34,232 nt of DNA, taken from the IMG/VR virus record IMGVR_UViG_3300020048_000069; one strand, given 5' to 3'. Source of the DNA: an uncultured virus (IMG/VR IMGVR_UViG_3300020048_000069). Its lineage: Duplodnaviria > Heunggongvirae > Uroviricota > Caudoviricetes. Positions 18,781-28,044 of the stretch are shown here, in pieces; position 1 is the first letter of the stretch, and every line of letters starts with the position of its first letter. The translations under genes were made by a program, and so were the position numbers. The notes below the pieces were generated by a model that made no database searches, was not told the DNA's origin, and saw only the letters and a program-made list of their open reading frames with translations.

Positions 18781-18983
18781 AAGCCTGCCCCTTTTTTTGG
18801 ATATTTATTAAATTCGCCTTCTGCTACCCTTCCGTTGGGGAACACCGTCACATCAGTGTAATCCGGATAAATGCAGTTCCGTTCCCTGTCACGTTTGTAA
18901 AGATGAACAAATCCGTCCCCTCGCACGGTATCCAGTTCCCAACCGCTTCTACGCATATCAAAAACCACTTCTGATTGATTCAT
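18762..18983 (-). CDS. Hypothetical protein
   Basis: GGGAG SD. Confidence 0.55.
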   Translation of the reverse strand: MNQSEVVFDMRRSGWELDTVRGDGFVHLYKRDRERNCIYPDYTDVTVFPNGRVAEGEFNKYPKKGAGLWAPRS

Positions 18984-19003
18984 AGGTTTTCTCCCTTTAA
19001 GTT

Positions 19004-19029
19004 GCCTCCGTATCTTTCCATACGGAGGC
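19004..19029. promoter_or_regulatory. Perfect 10-bp hairpin
   Basis: GCCTCCGTAT-CTTTCC-ATACGGAGGC, intergenic; no clear U tract. Confidence 0.45.
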
Positions 19030-19138
19030 GTTAATGGATACTGACAGCCCTAATTTGTTGACTCGGTTTTTGGGATTGCTCGCTGTTGTTACGAGCGGGT
19101 TAATGACACTGTTTGTTTACTCCCGGCTTCCTCCCTTT

Positions 19139-19447
19139 CTATCCCTGTGCGGCTCCGTGCCTGGCTATAACAACATCATCACTGCGTCCATCGTTGTATT
19201 TAACCTCAGCGAATGCGTGAACGACAGCATGAAACACAACCATATATGCCCAGACTGCCATAGGCCCGGTAAGGGTTACTGAATTCCGATCCGCCTGCGG
19301 GATCGTTGCAATCATATTGCCGATATTGGTTCCAACGATTTCAATCGCCTGGGACACAGGTGTCGTTAAGTTAAACCTGCCTGCCACCAACTCAACCTCA
19401 CAGCCTGCGTACAAATCGTTGTTTGTCAAACTCAAATCAATTATCAT
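19139..19447 (-). CDS. Csx3/Crn3-like small protein (candidate ring nuclease)
   Basis: AAGGAG SD; VTLTGPMAVWAYMVVFHAVVH..YNDGR...VVIARH follows the Csx3 G-x4-W-x6-H..D-x-R..H pattern (recalled, not searched). Confidence 0.55.
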   Translation of the reverse strand: MIIDLSLTNNDLYAGCEVELVAGRFNLTTPVSQAIEIVGTNIGNMIATIPQADRNSVTLTGPMAVWAYMVVFHAVVHAFAEVKYNDGRSDDVVIARHGAAQG

Positions 19448-19463
19448 TGTTACTCCTTGCGAC

Positions 19464-19775
19464 CTAACATCCAAGCCGCTTCATTTGTGAATATAATTTT
19501 GATGAATCACCTGAACGATACAGCGTTTCAAGTTCATCCCAATTTTCTACCAAAATCGCCCATGTACCACTCAATTTAGCGACATCTTTAAGATAATTTC
19601 TTGCCTCTGGCACAGCATCCAGGAATTTCACACATCTCATGAAATCTGCATGGTCGATCGGATGACACATAAATTTTGGTTTCATCCCTAACACTGCGCA
19701 CGCCATTGACTCAGAGCTGACTCCGCGTTCTCCATGTATGAGCCATTCAAGTATTTTATCTTTCATCTCAGACAT
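19464..19775 (-). CDS. Conserved phage hypothetical protein
   Basis: WL..GERGVSSE..HP.D.ADF.RC..L..VPE; start 19775 or 19766. Confidence 0.65.
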   Translation of the reverse strand: MSEMKDKILEWLIHGERGVSSESMACAVLGMKPKFMCHPIDHADFMRCVKFLDAVPEARNYLKDVAKLSGTWAILVENWDELETLYRSGDSSKLYSQMKRLGC

Positions 19776-19915
19776 ACTGACCCACCTAACCTCATTTCAA
19801 GTTCAAAGCGAGCATCCGGCGATCCACCGGCAATGTACTCTGTAATCAGTATCCACCGACTCCTAAAGTCTGTAAATTTGTTCCAAAGCCATATAAATTT
19901 CTTTGTCCGTGTCAT
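19763..19915 (-). CDS. 50-aa hypothetical protein (not in ORF track)
   Basis: GGAGG SD; MTRTKKFIWLW..; ATGA overlap with the next gene. Confidence 0.5.
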   Translation of the reverse strand: MTRTKKFIWLWNKFTDFRSRWILITEYIAGGSPDARFELEMRLGGSVCLR

Positions 19916-20052
19916 CTTGAACCTCCTCTAAAAATGTTAAAAAAACCGGTATCTCGTTTTCTAACCAATGACAGATTTAACTGTCGCCCGGCACACGAAC
20001 GAGTTTTGTTTGCTGCGCTTCCGGTATCGCGCCTGGAGACCCGGGCTGTGGA

Positions 20053-20277
20053 TTAACTGCGTGGTTGTTTGTGCGCCCCGTGCGCCCTGAATTGTCCCCT
20101 GTCGCTGGACTCTATGCCTGCGCTCCGGTAGCATCTAAGGCATGTCCTTGAAAGATACTGCCCGCTGCCCAGGACATACCCGGCAATTGGCCGGGTGTTG
20201 CAGGTTGAGCAGATTCCGGTGTCAGCTATTGGCGCTTTCGGCTGTGTTGTAATTGCTTTTAATTTGTTGAATTCCAT
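20053..20277 (-). CDS. First gene of the leftward operon, small Zn-finger protein
   Basis: AGGAG SD; CSTC..CLRC. Confidence 0.55.
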   Translation of the reverse strand: MEFNKLKAITTQPKAPIADTGICSTCNTRPIAGYVLGSGQYLSRTCLRCYRSAGIESSDRGQFRAHGAHKQPRS

Positions 20278-20434
20278 GTTCTGTCTCCTGTCGTTCTTTT
20301 GCGTTCCCCTATCCGCCGATCCTCTCCCCTGCCTACGTGCAAACACGATCTGGTTCAGAGAACACATCTTCCGTCATATGCGCTCAATCAAGAGTGCTCA
20401 AGATTTTGTGTTGGGGTGTTGTTATGTTGGAGGC

Positions 20435-20463
20435 ATTATTACATTGTGGCATAATGAAGTCAA
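20435..20463 (-). promoter_or_regulatory. pL-like sigma70 promoter
   Basis: Minus strand TTGACT-17 bp-AATAAT. Confidence 0.65.
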
Positions 20464-20564
20464 TAAAAATATTATAATAAATATCTTTATTCCAAAATAT
20501 TTGTTATTATCGGCGTGAATATCATGGGATTGAAGATTAGGTAATCAATAGGATTGGTTGGAAC

Positions 20565-20600
20565 AAAAAAAAGACTCGTATGACCGAAGTCACACGAGCC
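20565..20600 (-). terminator. Intrinsic terminator after the repressor gene
   Basis: Minus strand GGCTCGTGTGAC-TTCG-GTCATACGAGTC followed by T8. Confidence 0.85.
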
Positions 20601-20646
20601 TCTTTTAATAAGGTAAGTCTAAAACACAGTCTGCGTCCGTTACTGT

Positions 20647-21129
20647 TTATTTCCCTCCATTTACGATCTTTAGACCATCCGGACGATTCATTGGGGAAGA
20701 ACCCGGCACGTTCATGGATTGTAATGATTTGTCTTTTTTTACATCTTCAATTTCTTTTCGTATCAGTTCACCGAACGATCTTAATCTTTCGTACTGTGCT
20801 CCAGTGCCGCATTCTGTGACATATTCAGCAATACCCATAAGCGAAGTAATAGCATGAATACTTGGCTGCTGTTGGCTCCCATGATTAATGATAACTGGTT
20901 GCGATGTTGAACTTGTATCCATCATAAATAAATCATGATAACTTTTCCCCAAAACGCGCAAGATGTCACTCAAAGATTTCTGAGTAAAATTTCTTTTACC
21001 ATTTTCAAGATTCGTTATTAATGATTGGCTGACACCACTTTTTTCAGAAAGTTCGATCTGTGTCAAACCAGCAATTTCCCTGAATTGCTTCAATCTTACG
21101 CACCAATAATCTGGCGTTGTATCATCCAT
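20647..21129 (-). CDS. CI-like XRE HTH repressor (no S24 peptidase domain seen)
   Basis: RLKQFREIAGLTQIELSEKSGVSQSLITNLENGKR; divergent from cro. Confidence 0.85.
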   Translation of the reverse strand: MDDTTPDYWCVRLKQFREIAGLTQIELSEKSGVSQSLITNLENGKRNFTQKSLSDILRVLGKSYHDLFMMDTSSTSQPVIINHGSQQQPSIHAITSLMGIAEYVTECGTGAQYERLRSFGELIRKEIEDVKKDKSLQSMNVPGSSPMNRPDGLKIVNGGK

Positions 21130-21150
21130 TATATCACCTTGAATTTTTCT

Positions 21151-21180
21151 ATTGACAACAAGATGTCAATTTGAAATAAT
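21151..21180 (+). promoter_or_regulatory. pR-like promoter with palindromic operator candidate
   Basis: TTGACA(21152)-17 bp-AATAAT; ATTGACA-N6-TGTCAAT palindrome overlaps the -35. Confidence 0.7.
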
Positions 21181-21186
21181 TATGCC

Positions 21187-21426
21187 ATGACACTTGAAGA
21201 ATTCTTAAAAATTAATAAAATTACCACAACTGAATTTTCGATGAAAATATCGTGTGGTCAACCAACAGTCTCCAACCTCTGTAACAGGAAACGTAGGCCA
21301 TCACCCCGGCTCGCCCTTCGTATCGAACAAGCCACCGGTGGACAAGTCACACGCGATATGATGCTTTATCCCGAACTGTACGCCACCACCGACACTACCC
21401 AAAAATCAAACAACCTAACCGAATAA
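21187..21426 (+). CDS. Cro-like HTH protein
   Basis: QPTVSNL..RRPSPRLALRIEQATGGQVT. Confidence 0.85.
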   Translation: MTLEEFLKINKITTTEFSMKISCGQPTVSNLCNRKRRPSPRLALRIEQATGGQVTRDMMLYPELYATTDTTQKSNNLTE

Positions 21427-21453
21427 CACTCAGGAAAATATCCGTCAATAACA

Positions 21454-21672
21454 ATGCCATCAGCAGACAAACAAATCAGTTTTAAAATGACCAGCTCCCT
21501 GGCTGAGGAATTATCAAAATTGTCATATAAAATGGATGTCAACATGAGCAAGATGGTTCGAGGCTGCTTGTTGCTCGGTATGCCAGTGTTTGAAAAAAAT
21601 CCCATGTTACTTGACGTGATCGACACCATCAATTCGTATCGTAAATACAGGAGTCCTGATGATGAAATTTGA
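21454..21672 (+). CDS. Ribbon-helix-helix-like regulator
   Basis: ISFKM (beta), LAEELSKL, SKMVR (helices). Confidence 0.6.
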   Translation: MPSADKQISFKMTSSLAEELSKLSYKMDVNMSKMVRGCLLLGMPVFEKNPMLLDVIDTINSYRKYRSPDDEI

Positions 21673-21862
21673 CAATGCCGTAAACATTAAAATTGACGAG
21701 AAAATGGCACGCTACCTCGGCAAGATCATAACCAGTATCGACTGTACACAGTCCGAATTCATCAGGACGTGTATTCACCTCGCCGGCCCCCAGATTGAAC
21801 GTCATCCCTACCTGATACAGTTATTGCCACATTCACAGGATTCATTGATACAGCAGTCGTAA
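21659..21862 (+). CDS. Ribbon-helix-helix-like regulator (paralog)
   Basis: VNIKID..MARYL..SEFIRTCI. Confidence 0.6.
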   Translation: MMKFDNAVNIKIDEKMARYLGKIITSIDCTQSEFIRTCIHLAGPQIERHPYLIQLLPHSQDSLIQQS

Positions 21863-21876
21863 AGCAAAGGATTTAC

Positions 21877-23157
21877 ATGTTTGATACTAAATATCAATTT
21901 TTCGATGATCTCAGCGTTGATGAATATCAATCGCTGAAATCATCAATTGAAACACACGGCGTTCTGGTGCCGGTTGAATACGATGATGCCGGTAATGTGC
22001 TGGATGGACACCACCGCTTGAAGGCTTGCGCTGAACTCGGTGTCACAATCTGGGGACGCATGATCCGACCAGGATTATCCGAGGCAGAAAAAAAGAACCA
22101 TGTTCGGATTTTGAATATCGCCAGGCGGCAGCTTACCAAAGATCAAAGGGTTAAACTTTGGGAAGAAATGCGTGCCGACGGCATGACGCTGGCGGCCATT
22201 GCTGCGGCGGACGGTACGGTAAGCATCAACACGGTGAAGAGTGCAATTGATAATTCAACTTTGCAAAATTGCAAAGTTGACATCCCAACCAAAACCATCG
22301 GCAAAGACGGCAAAGCCAGGAAGACGAAGTACTCCAAAACCCCAAAATTCAAACATACCTATATCCACGAAAACGAACTTGAAAAAATCCTTGCACTGCC
22401 AGAAGAACAACAGACGGCAGTTCTTACAGGTGAAAAAACACTTCCTGAAATTAAATCAGATGTGAAAAAAGAACAAATCCAGCAGCGAAAAGAAGCAATC
22501 GAAACAACACTTAAATTCGAAATCAAGAATATCCCAAAAGTACAATGCACAAATGCAATTGATTTTCTATCCGACATTAAAGACAATAGCATTGATTTAT
22601 TAATCACAGATCCTCCGTACTCCACAGACGTTGATGATATTTTAGCGTTTGCTCAGTCATGGCTTCCGGCAGCATTGAATAAAGTCAAGGATACTGGGTT
22701 CGCCTTTGTATTTATTGGCGCATATCCAGAGGAAGTTAAGGCATATCTGAATATCGAAACCCCTACTCAAATGCTCGTTTGGGAGTATAAAAACACTCTC
22801 GGCCAGAATCCAAAAGAAAGATATAAACTCAATTACCAGGCAATTCTATTCTATCGCATGAAGAATTCTGGAGACCTGAATATTGATTTGACATCTGAAC
22901 AGTGGGCCGTACAAAGCATTAACGCACCCGACGGCAGGCTTGGGGATCGTTATCACGAATGGCAAAAACCAATTGAATTGGCAGAACGACTAATCAGACA
23001 CACAACAAATGAGGGTGCATCTGTAATTGATCCGTTTTGTTGTACCGGCACGTTTCTTTTAGCTGCTGCAAAACTTAATCGAAACGCCAATGGTTGCGAT
23101 ATATCGAAAGAAAATCTTGAAATAGCAGTTAAAAGAGGATGTGTTTATGCCGGATAA
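21877..23157 (+). CDS. ParB-like N-domain + beta-class N6/N4 DNA methyltransferase
   Basis: VLDGHHRLKA, N..RR.L; IDLLITDPPY, H..QKP..L, DPFCCTGT. Confidence 0.88.
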   Translation: MFDTKYQFFDDLSVDEYQSLKSSIETHGVLVPVEYDDAGNVLDGHHRLKACAELGVTIWGRMIRPGLSEAEKKNHVRILNIARRQLTKDQRVKLWEEMRADGMTLAAIAAADGTVSINTVKSAIDNSTLQNCKVDIPTKTIGKDGKARKTKYSKTPKFKHTYIHENELEKILALPEEQQTAVLTGEKTLPEIKSDVKKEQIQQRKEAIETTLKFEIKNIPKVQCTNAIDFLSDIKDNSIDLLITDPPYSTDVDDILAFAQSWLPAALNKVKDTGFAFVFIGAYPEEVKAYLNIETPTQMLVWEYKNTLGQNPKERYKLNYQAILFYRMKNSGDLNIDLTSEQWAVQSINAPDGRLGDRYHEWQKPIELAERLIRHTTNEGASVIDPFCCTGTFLLAAAKLNRNANGCDISKENLEIAVKRGCVYAG

Positions 23158-23719
23158 TTTTACAATTGCAATAGCAAAATCATCGAAACAATTTGAAGAG
23201 ATTTGTGTCCCAGAACTTAAAAAATTAACTGGTTGCGAGTTTATGTGTATTGAAGGGAACCATAGTATCGAATCACAGAGGATGCTTGATATTATGGCCG
23301 GGATTGATTCGTGGATGTACAAAGAAAAATATGGCGTTATTGGTATCGCAAGTAGAATACAAAAAGGCATTAACTGGGAAACTTTTACTGTCAGAAAAAG
23401 CAGAGAATCAGGAACTAAAACTGAATTTGATAAAGTGAGTAAAGCCATTGAAAATGGTAGTATATATCCATTTTATACTGTTCAGGCATATATCAAAGAC
23501 AGTAAAATTGAGGGCATGGCGATATGCCGTACAAAATCTTTGTATCAATTAATTAAAGATAAAAAATATAAAATACGACAAACAGGTGCAAACCAGGATG
23601 GCCAGTCTATTTTTTATGCCGTGAAGTGGAGTGATTTTAAGGAAGGTGAAATCAATATTTTTACCAAAGAAAATTCCTGGGTAAACCAACAGTCAACGAC
23701 CCCTACCCTAAATGGATAG
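23141..23719 (+). CDS. Putative nuclease-fold protein coupled to MTase
   Basis: Overlaps the MTase stop; LD..AGID.W..IASRIQ..TFTVR..G..TE. Confidence 0.5.
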   Translation: MFMPDNFTIAIAKSSKQFEEICVPELKKLTGCEFMCIEGNHSIESQRMLDIMAGIDSWMYKEKYGVIGIASRIQKGINWETFTVRKSRESGTKTEFDKVSKAIENGSIYPFYTVQAYIKDSKIEGMAICRTKSLYQLIKDKKYKIRQTGANQDGQSIFYAVKWSDFKEGEINIFTKENSWVNQQSTTPTLNG

Positions 23720-23775
23720 CGGCCGGACAAACACCTCCAAACACCATTATTGTAGAAAAGCAAAGGATTTATCAG

Positions 23776-23976
23776 ATGCCAAAAATCCATAAGAAAAATA
23801 TCCACGCAAAGATTTGCCCAAAATGTGGTGAATTCGTTTCACCGCAGATAACAGACAGAATCAACGAAATGCACGGCCATTATCTGACTTGCCCTGCGTG
23901 TAAACAGTTTATGGGATGGGGTGGTAAGATCGACAAATCGTTCGCTGATGCAAGATATCCTGAGCAGGCAAAATGA
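23776..23976 (+). CDS. Small Zn-ribbon protein
   Basis: CPKC..CPAC..FMGW; ATGA overlap with primase. Confidence 0.6.
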   Translation: MPKIHKKNIHAKICPKCGEFVSPQITDRINEMHGHYLTCPACKQFMGWGGKIDKSFADARYPEQAK

Positions 23977-26111
23977 TAATGCCAGAGCCTATTCAACCTT
24001 CATCCAGTCCCATTAATAACGCGTGTATGGACGCAGCTCTTGAATATCTGGATATGGGTTTCTCTGTTATGCCTGTTAATCGGTTTGGCAAAAAACCATA
24101 TTTGCACGAGTGGAAACCATACCAGACGCAACTCCCAACTGTGGATGAGATTGAAGCTTGGTGGACCCGATGGCCGGAAGCAAACGTGGCAATCATAACA
24201 GGTAACCTGTCTGGTCTTTTTGTTGTTGATGCTGATGGCCCCATTGGTATCAAATACATGACAGATAACTTGCCAAAAACCACAGTATATTCAAACACTG
24301 GTAAAGGCGTTCATGCGTTTTTTAGGATGCCAGAACATTCGATTTTAAGAAATCGCGTGAAAATCTCTACTGAGGTGGACGTGCGAGGGGAAGGCGGATA
24401 TGTTGTAGCAGCACCTTCTATCCATGAAAACGGAAATCATTATACATGGGTGTTTAACCTGGGTGGATGGGATGATTTACCTACATACCAACCGCCTACT
24501 GCATCAATAAATAAAACATCAGGAAATATTAATCTTGATCTTTCAGGCGTTAAAACATCCCCAGTCAATCAACCTGTTGCCAAAGGATCTCGAAATCACA
24601 CATTAACACAACTGGCTGGCAAGTGGATAAATGCAGGACTTGATGAAGCAGAAATTGAAATTCTTGCTAAATCCTGGAATAATGGCAACAATCCACCACT
24701 ATCGCTTAAAGAATTATCCACAACACTCGAATCAGTCAAAAAAACTCATACCCGGAATCATCCTGCTGTTGATGTAACGTCATTAGAAATTGATTTCCAG
24801 CCATTTAAAGAAAAAAGTGTTTTCCCCGAAAAGCTCTTATCGCCTGGCGGCATGATGCAGGATGTCATGGAATGGATAACATCATCAAGCGCAGTTAGTA
24901 TCCCTGAATTCAACCTTGCCGGTGCAATTGCTATGATAGGTACTCTGGCCGGGCATCGTTTTCAAACCGAAACCAAACTCAAAACGAATTTCTATGTTAT
25001 TGCCCTCGGACATGCAGGATCCGGAAAGGACGCACCGCAGGAAGCAATACCAGCAGCATTGTTACAATCAACAGAAATGAACTGCATTGGGCCGCAATCC
25101 TTACCCAGCGACGCTGCACTGCTCAAATACGTTGCGAATCAAACCAAGGCCCGTACTCTGATTTTTTTAGACGAAATTGGTTTGATGCTGAAATCCATCA
25201 AACGCCCCAATTCTGCGGGATATGAAATTCAGTCAACACTGATGAAATTATTCTCAAGTGTTAATCGAAAACATGTAAAACCGTATGCGTCCGGTGATGA
25301 TCTTGTTGTCCATTGGCACCACATCAGCTTTTACGGTGCCAGCACACCGTCCCATTTCTGGCAATCATTCACACGATCTGACGCAACAGACGGATTTCTC
25401 GCTCGTATCTTAATTTTTGAATCACATCAGAATCGGGTAATATCCAGACGTGATATTAATTTCGATGTCCCTAAAAACCTAATCGAATCCATTAATGAGT
25501 TTTCAAAGTTTGGTCCACCACCTGAATCAGAAATTGATAAAAATCTCATTCGCATACCGATTGCAATCACTATCCCAAAATCACACAAAGCTGAAAAATA
25601 TTTTCTTGATTGGGAACAGTCCATTATTGATAAACAAAATATCATTCAAGAAAAAGACGAAGGCATTGCTGCCATCTATGGCAGAGCGCCCGAACACGCG
25701 CATAAACTTGGATTGAATCACGCCATATCATTACAAGGTACAAAGCTAAAATTTGTTGAAATTGAATCAGTAGAATGGGCCATTGATATGATGGACTACC
25801 AGACCGAGCATATTATCAATCAGATCAGAGACAATATCAGTGAGAATGACTGGCATCAACATCAGCAAAGAATACTCAAAGCTATTCGGCGGTATTCAAC
25901 ATCAGAAAAACCTGGCGCCAGTATCCGGGATATTTACAGATCAGGTGTTAAGGTTCCTGAAAAAGTCCTTATTGATCTGCTGCATAGCCTCCAGTCCTCC
26001 GGTGAAATATTAAAACAATCCCATAAGCCAAATAGAGGTAGAGCCGTTGATATTTATGCAATTGCAAGAGAATGTGTCAATGACACAATTGACACATTAA
26101 TGACACATTAA
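23973..26111 (+). CDS. Bifunctional primase-polymerase + PriCT + DUF3987-like ATPase/helicase
   Basis: NVAIITG..VVDAD, G.HAFF, DVRGEGGYVVAAPS; GSRN..L; GHAGSGKD, IFLDEIG, DGFLAR. Confidence 0.9.
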   Translation: MIMPEPIQPSSSPINNACMDAALEYLDMGFSVMPVNRFGKKPYLHEWKPYQTQLPTVDEIEAWWTRWPEANVAIITGNLSGLFVVDADGPIGIKYMTDNLPKTTVYSNTGKGVHAFFRMPEHSILRNRVKISTEVDVRGEGGYVVAAPSIHENGNHYTWVFNLGGWDDLPTYQPPTASINKTSGNINLDLSGVKTSPVNQPVAKGSRNHTLTQLAGKWINAGLDEAEIEILAKSWNNGNNPPLSLKELSTTLESVKKTHTRNHPAVDVTSLEIDFQPFKEKSVFPEKLLSPGGMMQDVMEWITSSSAVSIPEFNLAGAIAMIGTLAGHRFQTETKLKTNFYVIALGHAGSGKDAPQEAIPAALLQSTEMNCIGPQSLPSDAALLKYVANQTKARTLIFLDEIGLMLKSIKRPNSAGYEIQSTLMKLFSSVNRKHVKPYASGDDLVVHWHHISFYGASTPSHFWQSFTRSDATDGFLARILIFESHQNRVISRRDINFDVPKNLIESINEFSKFGPPPESEIDKNLIRIPIAITIPKSHKAEKYFLDWEQSIIDKQNIIQEKDEGIAAIYGRAPEHAHKLGLNHAISLQGTKLKFVEIESVEWAIDMMDYQTEHIINQIRDNISENDWHQHQQRILKAIRRYSTSEKPGASIRDIYRSGVKVPEKVLIDLLHSLQSSGEILKQSHKPNRGRAVDIYAIARECVNDTIDTLMTH

Positions 26112-26340
26112 TTTAAAAAATATTAAATAAAAACAAGTACATAAAATAATGTGTCAATGTGCAACGGCATAGTGGCAAAAACCTATAAGGCAAATGCACA
26201 TTACAGTTTTACACCATATACCATCGCGCATTGACACATTATTTTTTTTTTTTATATTTATATAATATAATTAGATATTCTTAAAATATAATGTGTCATT
26301 AATGTGTCATTTTCATTACTGACACATTGACACATTAATT
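26071..26340. repeat. Putative replication origin: 10 TGACACA iterons in an AT-rich imperfect palindrome
   Basis: TGACACA at 26081, 26090, 26101, 26232, 26320, 26328; TGTGTCA at 26073, 26150, 26292, 26303. Confidence 0.75.
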
Positions 26341-26420
26341 TATATTAAAAAAAGGATTTCTGATGATTCCCGAACCAAACACAATCACCCTGCTCATCCC
26401 TGGACAGCGAAAGGAATCAA

Positions 26421-26777
26421 ATGAACTTTAAACGCTCCACAAAGACATTCGCACTGGGAAGACTCAGAAGCGGCGAGATGAATAAGACGGAAAAAGCCTA
26501 TGGCGAGTACCTTATGACACAAAGGAACGCAGGAGCGATTGAATGGTATCGTTTTGAGGGCATGAAATTCAGATTGGCAGACAACACTTTCTATACACCG
26601 GATTTTGTCATCATGTTACCTGGTGGAGAAATGCAAATCCGAGAAGTTAAGGGATACATGATGGATGATGCGAATGTGAAAATAAAAGTTGCTGCTGAAA
26701 TGTATCCATTTAGGTTTTTCGTAATTCGGAAACAAAAAAAGAAAGATGGCGGTGGCTGGGAAGAAACAGAGATTTAA
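26421..26777 (+). CDS. DUF1064-like PD-(D/E)XK nuclease (resolvase-like)
   Basis: YTPDF..EVKG..K.K.AAE.YP. Confidence 0.8.
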   Translation: MNFKRSTKTFALGRLRSGEMNKTEKAYGEYLMTQRNAGAIEWYRFEGMKFRLADNTFYTPDFVIMLPGGEMQIREVKGYMMDDANVKIKVAAEMYPFRFFVIRKQKKKDGGGWEETEI

Positions 26778-26916
26778 AAAATAGCTATAATGAACTATAA
26801 CTATTGACAATAATTAGAAAATATGGTTAATGTAGAATCACAAAATAAACAAGCCGGAAGATGCGTCAACATCATCCGGCTCTGATCTCAACAACATCTG
26901 TAATGGAGATATTGTC

Positions 26917-27777
26917 ATGACTGATTCTGTTTTAACACCAAAACTTTCAGATTGTCAATTTCAAAAATTCATCCAGGCAGGATTGTTCTCATGTGATGCT
27001 GACGTTGTTCTTTTGACGAGAAAAGAGAAGCAAGCGGCTTATAAAAAAGCATGGAGTAAAGATAACCCTGAAAAAAAGAAAGCATCAGCGAAAGCATACC
27101 AAAAAGCTAATCCAGAAAAAAGGAAAGCATATCGTGCTGCACATCCAGGCAAATCAATAGCAACGAATAAAACATGGCGTGCTGCAAATTTTGAAAAAGT
27201 GAACGCAACAAATAAAGCATGGCTTATTGCGAATCCTGAAAAAGTGAAAGCACGAGTGAAAAAAAACAACTCTGCAAGTGTTCGATATGATGTTTACAGA
27301 GATAGATTGCAAAATTACGAAAATATACTTCAAGACTCAGATGGTATTCTATTGGTTGGTTGCGTGTACTGCGGTAAACAGTTTACCCCTACGAAAATAC
27401 AGGTAGATAATAGAATAAGTGCAATCAATGGAACGCAAGTAGGTGAAAATCGTTTCTATTGCAGCCAGCTTTGTAAGATCGCTTGTCCAATATATCGGCA
27501 ACAAATACGCTATAAATTTCAGCAAGTCGGCCATACCCGTGAGGTTCCTGCTGAGTTCAGACAGATGGTATTACTTAATAGAAACTATACTTGCGAAAAC
27601 TGTGATTCAGATGAAACTGGCCTACATGTTCATCATATCAACGGCTATACCGAATCACCTATGACAATGGCTGACTTATCGAACGTAAAAGTCTTATGTG
27701 CGAACTGTCACAAAGCAGTCCACTCTATACCAGGCTGTTATTTCGTAGATTATTCATGTAAGAACCAAAAACAATAA
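26917..27777 (+). CDS. HNH endonuclease with ANPEK-type repeats and Zn fingers
   Basis: CENC..LHVHHI..N...LCANCH..H; GGAG SD; upstream TTGACA (26804) and hairpin 26852-26881. Confidence 0.8.
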   Translation: MTDSVLTPKLSDCQFQKFIQAGLFSCDADVVLLTRKEKQAAYKKAWSKDNPEKKKASAKAYQKANPEKRKAYRAAHPGKSIATNKTWRAANFEKVNATNKAWLIANPEKVKARVKKNNSASVRYDVYRDRLQNYENILQDSDGILLVGCVYCGKQFTPTKIQVDNRISAINGTQVGENRFYCSQLCKIACPIYRQQIRYKFQQVGHTREVPAEFRQMVLLNRNYTCENCDSDETGLHVHHINGYTESPMTMADLSNVKVLCANCHKAVHSIPGCYFVDYSCKNQKQ

Positions 27778-28044
27778 AGATAGTAAAGGTCACTGGTGTC
27801 TGACAAAATTCTTTCTTGGCTCACGAAACGTAAAGCATGAGCTACAAACCACTTTGTATCTATTTTATTGTCCACAAGGAGTGTCATTCATGTTTAATTT
27901 CATTTGCCTATGGTGTCTTACGCTGAAATTCTATTGCCAAGGCGACACGCTCCCAGATGCCTACGAGGCGGCGGTTTTGACTTCATCGGGGTTCAGGAGA
28001 GTGATTCTTTCAAAGAAACTTAAAAGACAGCCGTGGAGGTTGAA

